Below are positions 1-13,090 of a stretch of DNA of 64,000 nt, piece by piece. Every line of letters begins with the position of its first letter. The stretch's first letter is position 1. A model generated the notes under the pieces. The model was not told the DNA's origin. It saw only the letters and a list, made by a program, of their open reading frames with translations, and ran no database searches. The translations under genes were made by a program, and so were the position numbers. The stretch covers positions 536,710 to 600,709 of the forward strand of contig NW_025215381.1 in the NCBI RefSeq assembly GCF_004010195.1. The letters run 5' to 3'. Source of the stretch: Chiloscyllium plagiosum (taxonomy: Eukaryota).

Positions 1-170
1 TAGTTAGTTGAGTTTTGTTTTTTTTCTTTCTCGGTATTTTTCTTTTGTTAAATTTTGGTTATTATTTATTTAAGATTTAATTGTATATCAATGTTTGTAC
101 TTGAGAGTCTTGTTTATTTTTGTAAATTTGTAAAAATGTTAAATTTCTAATAAAAATATCTATAAAAAAA
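1..170 (+). mobile_element. Possible 3' tail of an L1/Tx1-type LINE
   Basis: T-rich tract ending in AATAAA (149-154) followed by a short A run; no coding part visible. Confidence 0.3.
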
Positions 171-317
171 CCTACAACCTGAGCTACGGATCCTCACAAA
201 AACCTTAAAACAGTATATTCCACAACTTTGCGATACCAAGTGAATGAATTAAACCAGCTGATGGCTGGTAACTGTTACACTGGAGACCTCAGGAAAAGGT
301 CGATACATCTGGCTGGA

Positions 318-482
318 ATCATAGAATCCCTACAGTGTGGAAGCAGGCCATTCGCCCTATTGAGATCACACATCAACCTTCCAAAGACCATCCCACCAAA
401 CCCACCTGCTTATCATATCCCTTTAACCCCACATTTCCCACCTAACCTGGAAACCATGGGCAAATTAGCATGGCCAATCCAT
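318..482 (-). mobile_element. HE1-type SINE 3' fragment
   Basis: atcatagaatccctacagtgtggaagcaggcc...attagcatggccaatcc, similar to the full copies at 9901 and 38231. Confidence 0.7.
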
Positions 483-699
483 GATATTAAAGGCTTTAAT
501 GTGATCTTTTGTATTTATATGATGCCCCACCCACCTAGGATGGAAATGTTCATGCAAGCCACCTCCATCGATTCATCATTCAATTGCCTTTCACTGCTCC
601 TTTGTAGAAGGTGGAAAGGGGGTTACAGATTCAATGAAATAGACCCTTCAGCATGTGTGTGCTGGACAAAATATCCAAGGACTGAGGCTGATTTAGCAG

Positions 700-1740
700 T
701 TTAGATAAGAAATTGGCTGGTTGAAAAAGACAGAGGGTGGTGATTGATGGAAAATGTTCATCCTGGAGTTCAGTTACTCATAGGGTACTGTAAGGATCTT
801 TTTGGGGCCACTGTTGTTCGTCATTTTTATAATTGACCTGGCTGAGGGCATAGAAGGATGGGTTAGTAAATTTGCGGATGACACGAAGGTCAGTAGATTT
901 GTGGTTAGTGCCGAAGGATGTTGTAGATTACAGATGGACACAGATAAGGTGCAGAGCTGGGCTGAGAGGTGGCAAATGGAGTTTAATGCAGAAAAGTGTG
1001 AGGTGACTCACTTTGGAAGGAGTGACAGGAATTAAGGGTACTGGGTTAATGGCAATATTCTGGGTAGACGAACAGAGAGATCTCTGTGTCCATGTATATA
1101 GATCCCTGAAAGATGCCACCCAGGTTGATAAGACTATTAAGAAGGAATATGGTGGGATAGCTTTTATTAGTAGAGGGACAGCGTTTCGGAACCATGAGGT
1201 TATGCTGCAGCTGTACAAAACTCTCGTACGGCCACACTTGGAGTATTGCGTACAGTTCTGGTCATGGCATTATAGGAAGGATGTGGAAGCTTTGGAAAGA
1301 GTGCAGAGGAAATTTACTTGGATGCTGCCTGGTATGGAGGGAAGGTCTTTCAAGACACTTGAGGCTGTTTTTGTTAGAGACCATGTTGAGAGGTGACTTA
1401 ATTGAGACATACAAGATAATCAGAGGGTTAGATAGGGTGGACAGCAAGAGCCTTTTTCCTTGAATGGTGATGGCTAGCATGAGGGGACACAGCTTTAAAT
1501 TGAGGGGTGATAAATATAGGACAGATGTCAGAGGTAGTTTCTTGACTCAGAGTAATAGGGGTGTGGAACAGCCTGCCTGCAACAGTAGTAGACTCGCAAC
1601 TTTAAGGGCATTTAAGTGGTCACTGGTCAGACATATGGATGATAATGGAATAGTGTAGGTTAGATGGGCTTCAGATTGGTTTCACAGGTCGGCACAATAT
1701 CGAGGGCCAGGGCCTGTACTGCGCTGGAATTTTCTATGAA
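700..1740 (+). mobile_element. CR1 LINE, 5'-truncated (RT C-terminal half + 3' UTR), frameshifted
   Basis: GPLLFVIFI..KFADDTK, WQMEFNAEKCEV, LYKTLVRPHLEYCVQFW, RGDLIETYKI across ORFs 802, 1013, 1194; CR1 3' tail gggcctgtactgcgctg. Confidence 0.92.
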
Positions 1741-2439
1741 AAATAATCTAACTATGCTAATTCCATTTTCATGTACCTGGCTCATAACCTTACATGGTTT
1801 AACTTCATAAATGCACATCAAAACACTTCTTAATGTCATGAGGGTTTCTGACTTGCCTCAACATCTTAGGGGTGGTGAAGTCACTCAAGGCAGAATTCAT
1901 GTCTGAGATGGTGAATGGGTGTGTGTGCGTTTTCAACTATACTCAAGTTCTCCACTACCAAATGTCTGCATTTCAAGTTTTCGATATCAACAGCTTTTGA
2001 AATTTTAATTTGGTAGAATTTATTCATAAATAAGACAGCAGCTTGAAGAAAAGTCTTGCCAGATCATTAGAACATCAACATTCAAATCAATACAATAAAA
2101 TGAGTAAGAAACATAGCACAAAATTGGGATGGAGTTCTTCTAGTTTTCAGACATCTAGTTTTCCAGAGGTTAGGGAGCTTGTGGTGTGCACGTGTGGGGG
2201 AGGTGCAGTGCATGTGGCATCTGTACACACACCATGTTGTGCTTCTGATTTCACAGCTCATCCCAAAATTACTTTGCATCAAACATTTGAGTCCCATGAG
2301 AAAGTTACTGGAATCTTCTTTTGAACCATGACCAACTATTTAAGTGTGCCAGTGGGGATTTGCAATAATCACATCCAGTCGCCCAAGGTCAATTTTTGAG
2401 GCAGCAACTAACACAGTAGATGACTATTAATGTGGATTG

Positions 2440-3060
2440 TGAATTTATTCAATAAGGTTCCACAAGAAGAGACAGTCAACCAAAAGGAGCACGCAGAGCA
2501 TTGGAGGTAACCTATTGATACAAGCTGGATATCGGTGATGCAGGAAGGAATGGAGATTAGCAAGAATGCATGTGAATTCAAAATGGTCAGGATGTGAATG
2601 CTACTTGGGATCCACTTGGAAGCTCGCTTTTAGCTAAGTTTGGAAATGATGCAGATGATGGAATAAAGAAGTGACTACATAAATTTGTGATACTGAAATG
2701 CAAGGATGCAAAGTAAACAGTGCAGATGGCTGCTGCAAGTTGCAAAATAACTGATAAATTTAAGCTGAGGTGATGGTGATCAGCAAGGTCAAGTGAGACA
2801 CATTGTTCACCATGCTTTCTAAATGGCAAGAATGGAGGAAGTACGAAGGCTCAGACAAATTTGGAGATTGAAGCACCAAAATCACTAAAAGCTAGTGGTC
2901 AGAGATGGAAACAAATCATTAAAAAGTCTAATGGAGTCCTGATCTTTAACTCAAGTGGGCTGGTCACAGATGCACGATATGCTTGTTGTATAAAGTTCTG
3001 ATTGGACTTTATTCAGAGCACTGCACCTCGAGAAGGATCCACAAATTAGACAGCTATTGC
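2440..3060 (+). mobile_element. Old, heavily decayed CR1-like RT fragment
   Basis: Remnants of FNKVPH (ttcaataaggttccaca), KF.DDTK (aaatttgtgatactgaa) and LY..LIG..LE motifs. Confidence 0.5.
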
Positions 3061-3419
3061 AATCTGTGGCACATTGCAACTTAAAGTGGAAACAAGAATA
3101 TAAAGAAGGTTAAAACTTAAGATTGGCACATGGATTATTTTGACACCTTCAGCATTATTATGCAAACTATTTCAATCAAAATCAATGAAAGTAACATACG
3201 AAAACTGAAGTATCATGAACACTTTCTAAATCGGAAAGCATCCTGAGTGCTAAAACAGATATTTCTGGTCCTGTAATAGTCAAGATTTTCCAAACATTTT
3301 TAACTATAATTGGCACAGCTATACCTGAAAGGCTGCAAAACATGGCATTCAGCAGGACCAAAACACAAGTAATTTTCAACCCATGGTCATCAACAAAATC
3401 TACTCTGCAAGTATGTTAT

Positions 3420-3950
3420 AGAACATAGAATAGAACAGTACAGCACAGTACAGGCCCTTCAGCCTTCCATGTTGTGTCAACCTTTTATCCTACTCTAAGA
3501 TCAAACTAACCTATATACCCTTCATTGCACTATCATCCATGGGCCTACTGAAGAGTTGATTAAATGTCCCTAGTGTATCTGACATGACTAACACTGCTAG
3601 CAGTGCATTCCACACACCCACCACTCTCAGAGTAAAGAATCTACCTCTGAAATCTCCCCTAAATCTTCCTCCAATCACCTTAAAATTATACCCCCTCGTG
3701 ATAGACATTTCCGCCATGGGAAAAAGTCTCTGGTTATCCACTCTATCGAGGCCTCTCAACATCTTGTACGTCTCTATCAAGTCACCTCTTATCTTCTTCG
3801 CTCCAATGAGTAAAGCCCTAGGTTCCTCAACTTTTCTTAAGACATACTCTCCAGTCCAGACAGCATCCTGGTAAATCTCCTCTGCACCCTGTCTAAAGCT
3901 TCCACATTTCTCTAAAGTGAGGCGACCAGAACTGAACACAATATTCTCGA
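3420..3950 (-). mobile_element. CR1 LINE 3' fragment
   Basis: RGDLIETYKMLRGLDRVD...RFFTLRVVGVWNAL in ORF 3511..4089; (ttcta)n-type tail at 3420-3445. Confidence 0.9.
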
Positions 3951-5626
3951 CTCTGACAGCCTCTTGTCGACAATTCTGCACAAGTATTTCTTTAAAAATC
4001 TCATCAGTATAGCCATTCCCATAGCTTATGCATCTGCAATCATTATAAGAGGCTGTTTTTGATGATAGTGTGCAAATGGCAACATGCACAATGGTTCACT
4101 GAAATACACCCACTCCCAAAATGCGGGTGTTCAGTGAAGACCAGAATTTTTTTAAAAAGCAAATATTACTGTCATCGTACAAAAAGGTTCATTTCAACTT
4201 TCAAGTCATTATTTCATTTAATTTTAAAATAATTAGCTACCATTAATTGTTTAAGCTGCTCAAAATTCTGTCCCGCACGTTTCAGGAACATGTTTGTTTA
4301 ACAGTGGTCAACCACAATGCCCACTTGCAGAACATGGAACTGGTTACAAGTACAGCCATGATGACCACAACAAACAAAATAAATGGTGAGTGAATGAACA
4401 CAAGGGGCTAATCTCAAGGGTGCATCCATGTAAATCATGCATTTCAATGATCAGATGTTGTTTAAAATCGTCCTACTATCCACAAGTCACAAAAGAAGCA
4501 AATCAGAAACCAACCGGTTACTTAAATCAATATATAAACTTGCTTCTTATCCCATTTGTTGGCTTGATTTGACTTGGATTTCTCTTTCCAAATTGTTAGT
4601 TATTTTCTAAATTTTGGCTGAAACACTGTTGACTTTCTCTTTGAACAACAAGAGCAGGGGAGAAATTTGTACACTGCAAGACGGGGATACAGTTTTCTCA
4701 ATTTGGTCTCCATACCGATGAGTGATCCCGTCAGGCAAATTGTTTTCCAAATTCAGAAGCCAAGAGGGAAAGCTCTGCCCATGGTGCAGAACACCACCAC
4801 ATTTGAATAGCTCGATTATCTGGCAGCAATTAGGCAATGCCAAGTTCAGATTTTCAAAATCAAGCCACGCAGGAAAGGAGGACAGGCTAGCAAGTCGGCT
4901 GAGAGAGGCAAGGAATTCCAGAGTTTTGCGCTGCGAAGCAAGAACTGAGTTTAAGGCTCCTGTGACAAATCTTGACATAATTCAAGAAGCAACCAGGCAG
5001 CAGTAGCAGCATACAAGACTACAGACTGAGCCAGAAGGTTTGGGTTCAAGTCTCACCTTCCCCAGACCCACCATACATGTTTATAATTAAACCACCTTGA
5101 CAACTATAAAATTATAGGATAGCAACCTAGCAGAAATGGGGGAATTCACAGAAGCACTCGCCATAGTATTACTGACATTAAAAGAAAGTGAAAGAGCTGT
5201 CCCAAGAAGTAGGTAGTGATAGATTTGATCAAATTACAAACCTTTTCTTCAATTCAACCCAGAGGCGACAACTAGAAATTCTAGAAATAGGTTCCTGGAT
5301 ATGGAAACAAGCTCTAAATTGACTTCTATTTTGAATGTTATTAGTTGCTGATGAAAAAGTAGAGTTTGGCAAATAAAAGTTATGTTGTTAGCATTGGAAT
5401 TGCAGAAGTTCCATTTAAGGTGTGTGGGGGACTTAGAAGTAGAAAGCTGACAGTTAAAGGACCAAATGTGCATAAGGAAAGATGCATCTGTAGTTCAGAT
5501 ACTCTGATCCTATGAAGCATTACCAAACTGAGGAAAAGAAGGAAGACCAAGTTAAAATCATTCAGCTCTGTGAAGAGGCGACTGGAAATCATGGAGGGAA
5601 GCAAGAACTTAAAAGACCTAGTGGAA

Positions 5627-6105
5627 GGATGTTGTGAAACTTGAAAGGGTTCAGAAAAGATTTGCAAGGATGGATTTGAGCTACAGGGAGAGGTTGAATA
5701 GGCTAGGGCTATTTTCCCTGGAGCATCAGATGCTGAAGGGTGACCTTATAGAGGTTTATAAAATCATGAGGGACATGGATAGGGTAAATAAACAAAGTAT
5801 TTTCCCTGGGGTGGTGAAGTCCAGAACTAGAGGGCATAGGTTTAGGGTGAGAGGGGAAAGATATAAAAGAAACCTAAGGGGCAACGTTTTCACACAGAGG
5901 GTGGTGTGTGTATGGAATGAGCTGCCCGAGGAAGTGGTGCAGGGTGGTACGATTACAACATTTAAAAGGCATCTGGATGGGTATATGAATAGGAAGGGTT
6001 TACAGGGATACGGGTTGGGTGCTGGTAAGTGGGACTAGATTGGCATGGAAGAGTTGGACCAAAGAGTCTGTTCTGTGCTATACATCTCCATCACTCTATG
6101 GCTCT
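5627..6105 (+). mobile_element. CR1 LINE 3' fragment
   Basis: ORF 5634..6038 KLERVQKRF...RGDLIEVYKIM...FTQRVVCVWNELP. Confidence 0.92.
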
Positions 6106-6460
6106 AAATGGAATAAGGTAACACAGAATAAAGGTTAAGCCTCCCTCCATCTCAAAGTACCTTGGTTATATTTTCCCCCCATTTCACAGCCTAGCTCTAT
6201 TAAGCAAGGCCACCCAATTTTGTGCCAATCTGTGAGAAGACTTCCATCATGAGGAAGCTGGAGAGATAATATAAATCACTCAATCAGATTAAAAACCAGA
6301 CCCTGGATATGAACTAAGAGCCCGCTGACATACCCAATATAAGACTGCTGCATTTTTAAAAAATCTATGGTACTAAAAGCTGGTCAATAATTTTGTTACA
6401 AATCTTTGATATTGTGAAAAACCCAAAACACTCAGTAGCAAAAATAGAAAATGCTATATG

Positions 6461-6680
6461 CAATTGGTTCTGCTTTAATGTGAGTTTGTCTAACACAAAT
6501 TGGCTATAATGCGAGTGAAGAGTTTAGACCGTTATTTGTAGAACGCCAACTTTCCTTTTCTGTATTGGCTATGACACGATTCTGGCCCCATTAGTTTAAA
6601 TGGTGCTGCTATTACATGATTTTCTTATAATGCAGGATCGCATGAGAACAGAACTATTGCGTTTTTATCAGAACCGACTA
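6461..6680. mobile_element. MITE-like non-autonomous DNA transposon (Tc1/mariner-pogo type)
   Basis: Imperfect terminal inverted repeats caattggttctgctttaatg / cgtttttatcagaaccgacta with TA nearby; right end resembles those at 25100-25139 and 36260-36291. Confidence 0.5.
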
Positions 6681-6892
6681 TAGTAGAGGTTGGAAAGATG
6701 ATCAAAGACACAGGCAGAATGGGTTTTCAGAAAGCTTCCAACACCTGCCTGGAGAGGTGGGAAAGCAGAGAGATATAGGGAGAGTTCAAAAACAATGGAC
6801 TAAAGTACTGCTACCAAAGTTGGACAAAGGTGAGGCAAACGACCAACGGTATTAGAAACAGAGCTATTACAGTGATTCTGTGAGAAATAAGA

Positions 6893-7072
6893 GGACGGCA
6901 CGGTGGCACAGTGGTTAGCACTGCTGCCTCACAGCGCTAGAGACCCGGGTTCAATTCCCGCCTCAGGCGACTGACTGTGTGGAGTTTGCACGTTTGCGCT
7001 TCAGTGGGGCGGTGTGGACTTGTTGGACCGAAGGGCCTGTTTCCACACTGTAAGTAATCTAATCTAATCTAA
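6893..7072 (+). mobile_element. HE1-type SINE with internal deletion
   Basis: tRNA-like head with A box (tggcacagtgg) and B box (ggttcaattcc) joined directly to the CR1-derived tail and (aatct)n end. Confidence 0.88.
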
Positions 7073-7991
7073 AAGCATCTGTAAACGAGGACTTTCAACG
7101 TACTGGGGAATAAAAAGCCAGCAGAACGGATAGAAATAGCACCCTTGCCTTGATTGCCTACTATTGAGTGGTTCTCTGCACCCAAGAGAAATTAACCATA
7201 CTAAACTCCAGTAACAGCGAAGTATTACACAGTCTCTTCCAAAAGTAGCTGAGTCAGTTATACAGATTTCCCATATGCATACTTACGTTTACTAGACTAG
7301 CAATGGAAAGAATTTGCATGAATGTTGTGGTTTTCATGACCGAAAGCCTTGTTAACAGCTCAATTCGCCATCAATTGAAATATTAAAACTAGCCTCAGGG
7401 AAGTTCAACATGGAAATCAAAGCAGGTTCTTTGTGGGTTCACCTCACCATTGGCTCCTAAAGACCACCACGTTAGACGCCAGGCACATTCTTGAGCACTG
7501 CCTGCAAGCAAGTCAAATCCACAGGTACTGGCATCCAACATGTGCTAGCCTCTATGAATCCACATCGCACATCTCTGATTCACATATTACTGCTGTTCAA
7601 CATTACGTCAGGGGTCCCACCAGTAATAGGCATTGCAACACTGCAGCGAAGCACACTCAGGAACATGTACCCAAGCTCATGGATTGGAATACACCACAAC
7701 TCTGAGCTCTTCACTTTCTGGTACAGTACTCACTCGGAGCCTCCTTGGATGCTTCCAGCATTCCTGCCTTGCATTGACTTGCTTTTTTGCAGTTTGCCCC
7801 CTCAGCCAGAGATACTAAGCTTACATTAAGACTACTATCTTTATTGCCTTGCAGTTCAGCACAGACACAAAGCCAGGAAGCTTGCCATGGTTGTCTGCAG
7901 GCTTCAGTCCTATCAAAGGGGTGAGATCTTTGTCGACACACTTGAAATCAAGGGCAGCCTCCAATATCAGTCCAGGCCCTGCTCAGGTGGA

Positions 7992-8163
7992 AGAAAGTGA
8001 GGACTGCAGATACTGGAGTGTCAGAATCGAAAAGTGTTGCGCTGGAAAAGCACATCATGACTGTTGATGATTGCTGATGAAGGCTTTATGTCTGAAACCT
8101 CAATTCTCCTGCTCCTCAGATGCTTCCTGACCTGCTGTGTTTTTCCAGCACCACACTTTTCGA
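7992..8163. mobile_element. Penelope-like element terminal repeat fragments (family A) in inverted arrangement, with a decayed hammerhead core at 8074-8105
   Basis: gaaagtgaggactgcagat..gctggaaaagcaca followed by the opposite-orientation ctgatgaaggctttatgtctgaaac...ttccagcaccacac. Confidence 0.75.
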
Positions 8164-8499
8164 TCCTGCTCGGGTGGTCAGTCAGGACTGCTCTCCTAAG
8201 CAATGAGGATTCTAATAACAGACAACACACCACCCATTTGGATTCTTTCTACTCAGCTGGGTTAGTTTTCTCCTGGAATAAGAGGCACATATTACTGAAG
8301 GATAAAGTTGGCAACATGTTTATTACTGTTGGAGCAGGTGATTCAACTGTGCAGAGGGCATGAAGGGTTATCAGGTTGCAGATTGTGGTAGGTGAAGGGG
8401 AGTGGGAAGACCCTGCATGCATTAGTGAGAGTGGTCAAGCATGAACCTTGGTGGGCCCAGTGGCAGTGATAGATAGTAGGACACAGAAGAGAATGGCAT

Positions 8500-8710
8500 T
8501 TATGCTGATGGAATGGAGAAGGTCACTGACCTTCTTCCTCCAGTGTTGGGCATTGCTCCAGATGGTTTAGACTGCTCTAACATAGGTGGCAATCTTGGAT
8601 CGAGCTAGCATGGTCTGGTGTCACAGCCTCACTGCTGGTCCTGAAGAAACAGGAAGATTTTCTCATACACCACCCCACCCCACCTAGCAGAAACCCCAGG
8701 TCCATGCCAA
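8500..8710 (-). pseudogene. Decayed Myb/SANT-like ORF remnant, possibly from a PIF/Harbinger transposon
   Basis: Minus strand translates ..RSKIATYVRAV*TIWSNAQHWRKKVSDLL.., resembling the W..IA..VNA....RT..QC.KKW.DL pattern; contains a stop codon. Confidence 0.4.
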
Positions 8711-8779
8711 AAAGTGGGATGCCTATTTCCCCTGTATGCTGTGCTTGGCATACGCATCAGGAACTGTTCAGGCTGACGG

Positions 8780-9830
8780 TGCACAACATTTTGGTAAGGC
8801 AAACCAATACAGGATTTATACAGTTAATGGCAGGGCAGGGGGAGTTTCACCAAAGAGACTGAGGGGTTCAGGTGCATAGTATCTTGAAAGTGGAGTCACA
8901 GGCAGACGGGAGTATAGGAAAAACACTGAGTATAGGAGTTGGCATGTCATGGTGCAGCTGAACTGGACACTGGTGAAGCCACCTTTAGAATTCTGCATAC
9001 AACTCTGGTCGCTTTTCTATAGGAAGGATGTTATTAAACTTGAAAGAGTGCAGGAAAGATTTACAAGGATGTTACTGGGAATGGAGGATTAGAAGTTTAA
9101 GAGGCGGCCGAATAGGAGAGCTTTTTTCCCTGGAGCATTGATGGCTATGGGGTGATTTTATAGAGGTTTATAACATCATGAAGGGCATAGGGTGAATAGT
9201 CAAAGTCTTCTTCCTGGGGTTGGGTAAAAACTAGGGGCAGCATGTGGCTCAATGGTTAGCACTGCTGCCTCACAGCACCTTGGTTCAATTCCAGCCTCAG
9301 CTATCTGTCTGTGTGGAGTTTGTATGTTCTCCCTGCATGTCTGCATGGATTTCCTCCAGGTGCTCTGGTTTCCTCTCGCAGTCCAAAGATATGCAGGTGG
9401 GGTGGATTGGCCATGCTGAAATTGCCTGTAGTGTATAGGGATGTATAGACTAGGTGAATTAGCTATGATAAACGTGGGAGTTCAGGATATGGTGGGGGTG
9501 TGGGTCTGGGTGAGATGCTCTTCAGAGGGTCGGTGTGATTCGATGGGAAAATGGCCCCCTTCCACACTATAGGGGTTCAATGATTCCAGAGGGCATAGGT
9601 TTAAGGTGACAGGGAAAAAGAGATTTTAAGAACCTGAGGCATAACTTTTCATGCAGAGGGTAATGCATTTAGAAAATATGAAAATATAATTACATCATTT
9701 GATGGGTATGGGAAGGGCTTAGCAGGACATGGGCCAAATGCTGGCAAATGTTGCCTAAGTCAGATTGGGAAGTCTCACTGGCAAGACAGAGTTGCACTGA
9801 AGAGTCTCTTTCCGTGCTGTATACCTCCAT
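8780..9830 (+). mobile_element. Decayed CR1 3' fragment interrupted by a SINE
   Basis: CR1 RT C-terminal motifs at 8930-9230 resume at 9586 (agagggcataggtttaagg) after the SINE. Confidence 0.85.
9234..9585 (+). mobile_element. HE1-type SINE
   Basis: ggggcagcatgtggctcaatggttagcactgctgcctcacagc head, central domain and CR1-like tail. Confidence 0.88.
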
Positions 9831-9900
9831 AATAATTCTTCACTATCCAGATATCTAGTCCCACCCGCCAGCATTTGGCTCATGTGTCTTGGTTTTGTTT

Positions 9901-10207
9901 AAATTAGATTAGATTCCCTACAGTATGGAAACAGGCCCTTCGGCCCAACAAGTCCACACCAACCCTCCGAAGACTAATACCTCTGACTAATGCACCGAAC
10001 ACTATGGGTAAATTTAGCATGGCCAATTCACCCGACTTGCACATCTTTCAAGTGTGGGAGGAAACTGGATCAACCGGTGGAAACCCATGCAGACAGCGGG
10101 AAGAATGGACAAACTCCACACAGACAGTCGCCTGAGGTTGGAATCAAACCTGGGTCCCTGGTGCTGTGAGGCAGCAGTGCTAACCACTGAGCCACTATGC
10201 TACCCCA
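9901..10207 (-). mobile_element. HE1-type SINE
   Basis: Reverse complement of the full SINE, with (aatct)n tail at 9901-9915. Confidence 0.9.
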
Positions 10208-11869
10208 GATTTTAATAACTTTAAGTATATAAAATTGAGGGGCATGCATAGTGGTCAGAGTCACTTTCTCAGGTTAGAAATGTCAAATACAAGGGGGCAC
10301 AGGTTTATAGTGGGGGTGGGGGGTTTAAGGAGGGGATCTGCAAGGAAAGTTTTTCTTTTTTTCTGAAAAATAAAGGCAGCCGTGGGAGCCTCGAACAGGC
10401 TGCCTAGAGCAGTGGTAGAAGCAGATATATTAGCCAAGTTTGAAAGGCATTTAGAGTCATTTGAAATGCAGGGAATAGGGTTCCTGTGCTGCACTGTTCT
10501 ATATATTTCCAATATACAGCTCTTGGTTGATTGATGCCCCTGGAAAAGACTTTAGCCAGCCTGATGTTCGTCAGCAATTCCTCTTTAGCTTTCCAGTTGC
10601 TTTATTTTGAAAGCTCTCCCCTAAACCTCTTCTGCTGGACTAGCTTATGAAGAACACATTTGTATCATAGGTATTTTCACATCATAAAATTAAGGGACTG
10701 AAGCAGAGAACAGTCATGAATACTTGTTTGTTAGATTGAATGGATATATACAGTGGTGCACCCAGGGGGCAGACTGCTTTCTGGTGCACATGTGTACATC
10801 TCATGCTTGATACAATGTCATAGATAATAAAGAAGATAACAGCAGTCAGGCCGGTAAATAGACAGAGCCATGGCAACCAAACTTAATGCAGACAAGTGTG
10901 AGGTTATTCATTTTGGTAGACTGAGGGGAAGAAATCAGAATTAAATAGTATAATTTACAGTGAGTGCAACAGAGCGAGATCATGAAGTTACATAGACAGG
11001 TCTTTGAAGATAGCAAGACAATCTAAGGAGGGAAGGGAAATGAGGATATAGGGAAAATAGATAACTATTTGAAGAGAAACTTTCTGAGCAGCTTTAAAAA
11101 AACAAGTAGAGGAGTGAATTAACTGGATGACCCTTTCAAAGAGTCTACGAAAGTACAATGAGCCAAATAGCCACTTGCTGCACTAAACCATTCTGAGTTT
11201 ACAAAGAGAGACGTTCAAGAGGTGCTATAATTGCTCATTTATGAATGGCAAAGGAACAAGATCACACCAATACAGCTATTTATTTTGCCTTGCTCAGAAC
11301 TTCAAAACCAGAGGAAACAACCTGTGCTTGAAGGGGTGAATTATAAACTCATCTGAGGAAACATTATTTCCAGAGACCAAATGGTCAGTCTATAGAACTG
11401 ACTCCTCAGTATGCAATAATAGCATAAAATATGGATTCATTAAATACAAGGCCATAAATCTCTTCTGTAAAATATGACTCGAAGATGCAGTATGAGTAAT
11501 TTGAGAAAATGTGGCAAGCATTCCACATTTGGGAGGAGCTGTCTTTTGGACTGTGTTTTCTGATACTTTGGTTTTCCATTACCTCCTGACTGGATCGACT
11601 GCAGAATCATTAATAATGATCAATTGTTACAAATCAGCAACAACTCCACTACTGTTAAATTAGGTTGATCAAGATGGTTGACAGCAAAATAAACTGAACT
11701 TGGTATTTTATCAGCTAGATACTACCATTACAACATGAGAAGGAGGTTTCTCAAATATATTGAGTCTATTTTTTAAATTAAGTAACATTTAAAAAAAAAG
11801 TTTGGTCCAATGTTACTTCACAAGACAACAGCTACCATTCTAATTCTCCTAACTGAAGACTGCTCTTAC

Positions 11870-11926
11870 CTCTGTGACATCCATAACTTTGATGGCTGCA
11901 AGCTGTCCCGTTTTGACATGTCGACC
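11870..11926 (-). CDS. MAP4K4: Internal 57-bp coding exon of a GCK-IV/MSN Ste20 kinase (MAP4K4 most likely, MINK1 possible); kinase subdomain II with the catalytic lysine
   Basis: Minus strand reads ttctcttcatctag|GGTCGACATGTCAAAACGGGACAGCTTGCAGCCATCAAAGTTATGGATGTCACAGAG|gtaagag = GRHVKTGQLAAIKVMDVTE, with canonical AG/GT and phase 0-0. The peptide matches my recollection of MAP4K4/MINK1 exon 3 (TNIK ends ...DVTG). The paralog cannot be fixed from this exon alone; neighbouring exons were not found in the window. Confidence 0.9.
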
Positions 11927-12756
11927 CTAGATGAAGAGAAAAATAAAAATCAGCATTTCTACCTCACAAAAATAGTCATTCTCGAATGAGCTTGCTGCAT
12001 GTTATTGTCACTGAGTTGACAAATATTTTTGTCTTTATTTATAGGAGTATGAAACCAGAATGGTAGCTGACAGTCACCAATGCTTCCAATATGGGATCTG
12101 CAAGGAAAGTTTTCACCTTATGAACAAAATAATTGGCTTTTGACACCACTGTCAGCAAAGAGTTGAAGGTGTGGTAGAACTTACCAACAAATGTACAGAA
12201 TAAAGTTAAGAGTCTGTTTGAACTGAACCAAACATAATTCGCTACAAGCTACAGGAAATTCTTCAAACAAGAGTAGGGTGATCTCTCCAAAACCTGGAAT
12301 ACATCTAGATAATACAAGGTGCAGGAGTTTAAATACAAAGAACCAGCATAGCGGCCACCAAGCAAGACTGGCTATTGAATCCAATCATCACCACCAGGAC
12401 TAGAAATAATGCTGCAACTCGGGGCAGATAAAAAATACTTGTGTTCTAATTTGAGGACTGTGTATGTGCACCTATATTTACATAACACATACAGTTAAGC
12501 AGGCTCCACAGTGTGTATAAAATTAACCAAGCAACCTAATTTGCACATGACTAGTTGACTCGTCAAAAATAGCCATTCTGGCACATGACCCAAAACGTCT
12601 CAGATCTTGTGCATTATTGTTCAATGATAACAAGACGACAACAATGTAGAACACCCCTTTCCACTTCAAATGGGTTTATGTAGACATGGGGAAGAACAAT
12701 CCATGTAGATTTCATGAGAAACCTCAAATGAAAGGTGATTTGCAATTAACAGAAAA

Positions 12757-13090
12757 CAGAGTGGCTCAATGATAAGCACTGCTGCCACACAGCGCCAGGG
12801 ACCCGGGTTTGATTCCAGCCTCAGACAACTGTGTGTTGAGTTTGCATATTCTCCCAGTGTCTGCGTAGATCTCCTCCGGGTGTTCCGGTTTGCTGCCACA
12901 GTCCAAAGACGTGCTGGTTAGGTGAACTGGCCAAGCTAAATCACCTACAGTGTCCAGGGATGTGCAGGTGAGATGCATTAGTCTGGGGAAATGTTGAGTA
13001 AGGTGGGAGGAGAATGGGGCTGGGTGGGATACTCTTTAGAAGGTCTTGTTGGGCTGGATAGCCTGTTTACACACTGTAGGGATTCAATGA
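12757..13090 (+). mobile_element. HE1-type SINE
   Basis: gtggctcaatgataagcactgctgccacacagcgccagggacccgggtttgattcc...gcctgtttacacactgtaggg. Confidence 0.88.

Noticed and set aside
228..704. 158-aa ORF and most other ORF-track entries
   Set aside because: They run across SINE/LINE fragments or are antisense shadows of CR1/PLE frames; no recognisable host domain or splice support.
6893..6970. tRNA gene (also the heads at 9234, 12757, 27559, 38558)
   Set aside because: A/B boxes continue into SINE or LINE bodies; these are tRNA-derived heads without a full cloverleaf.
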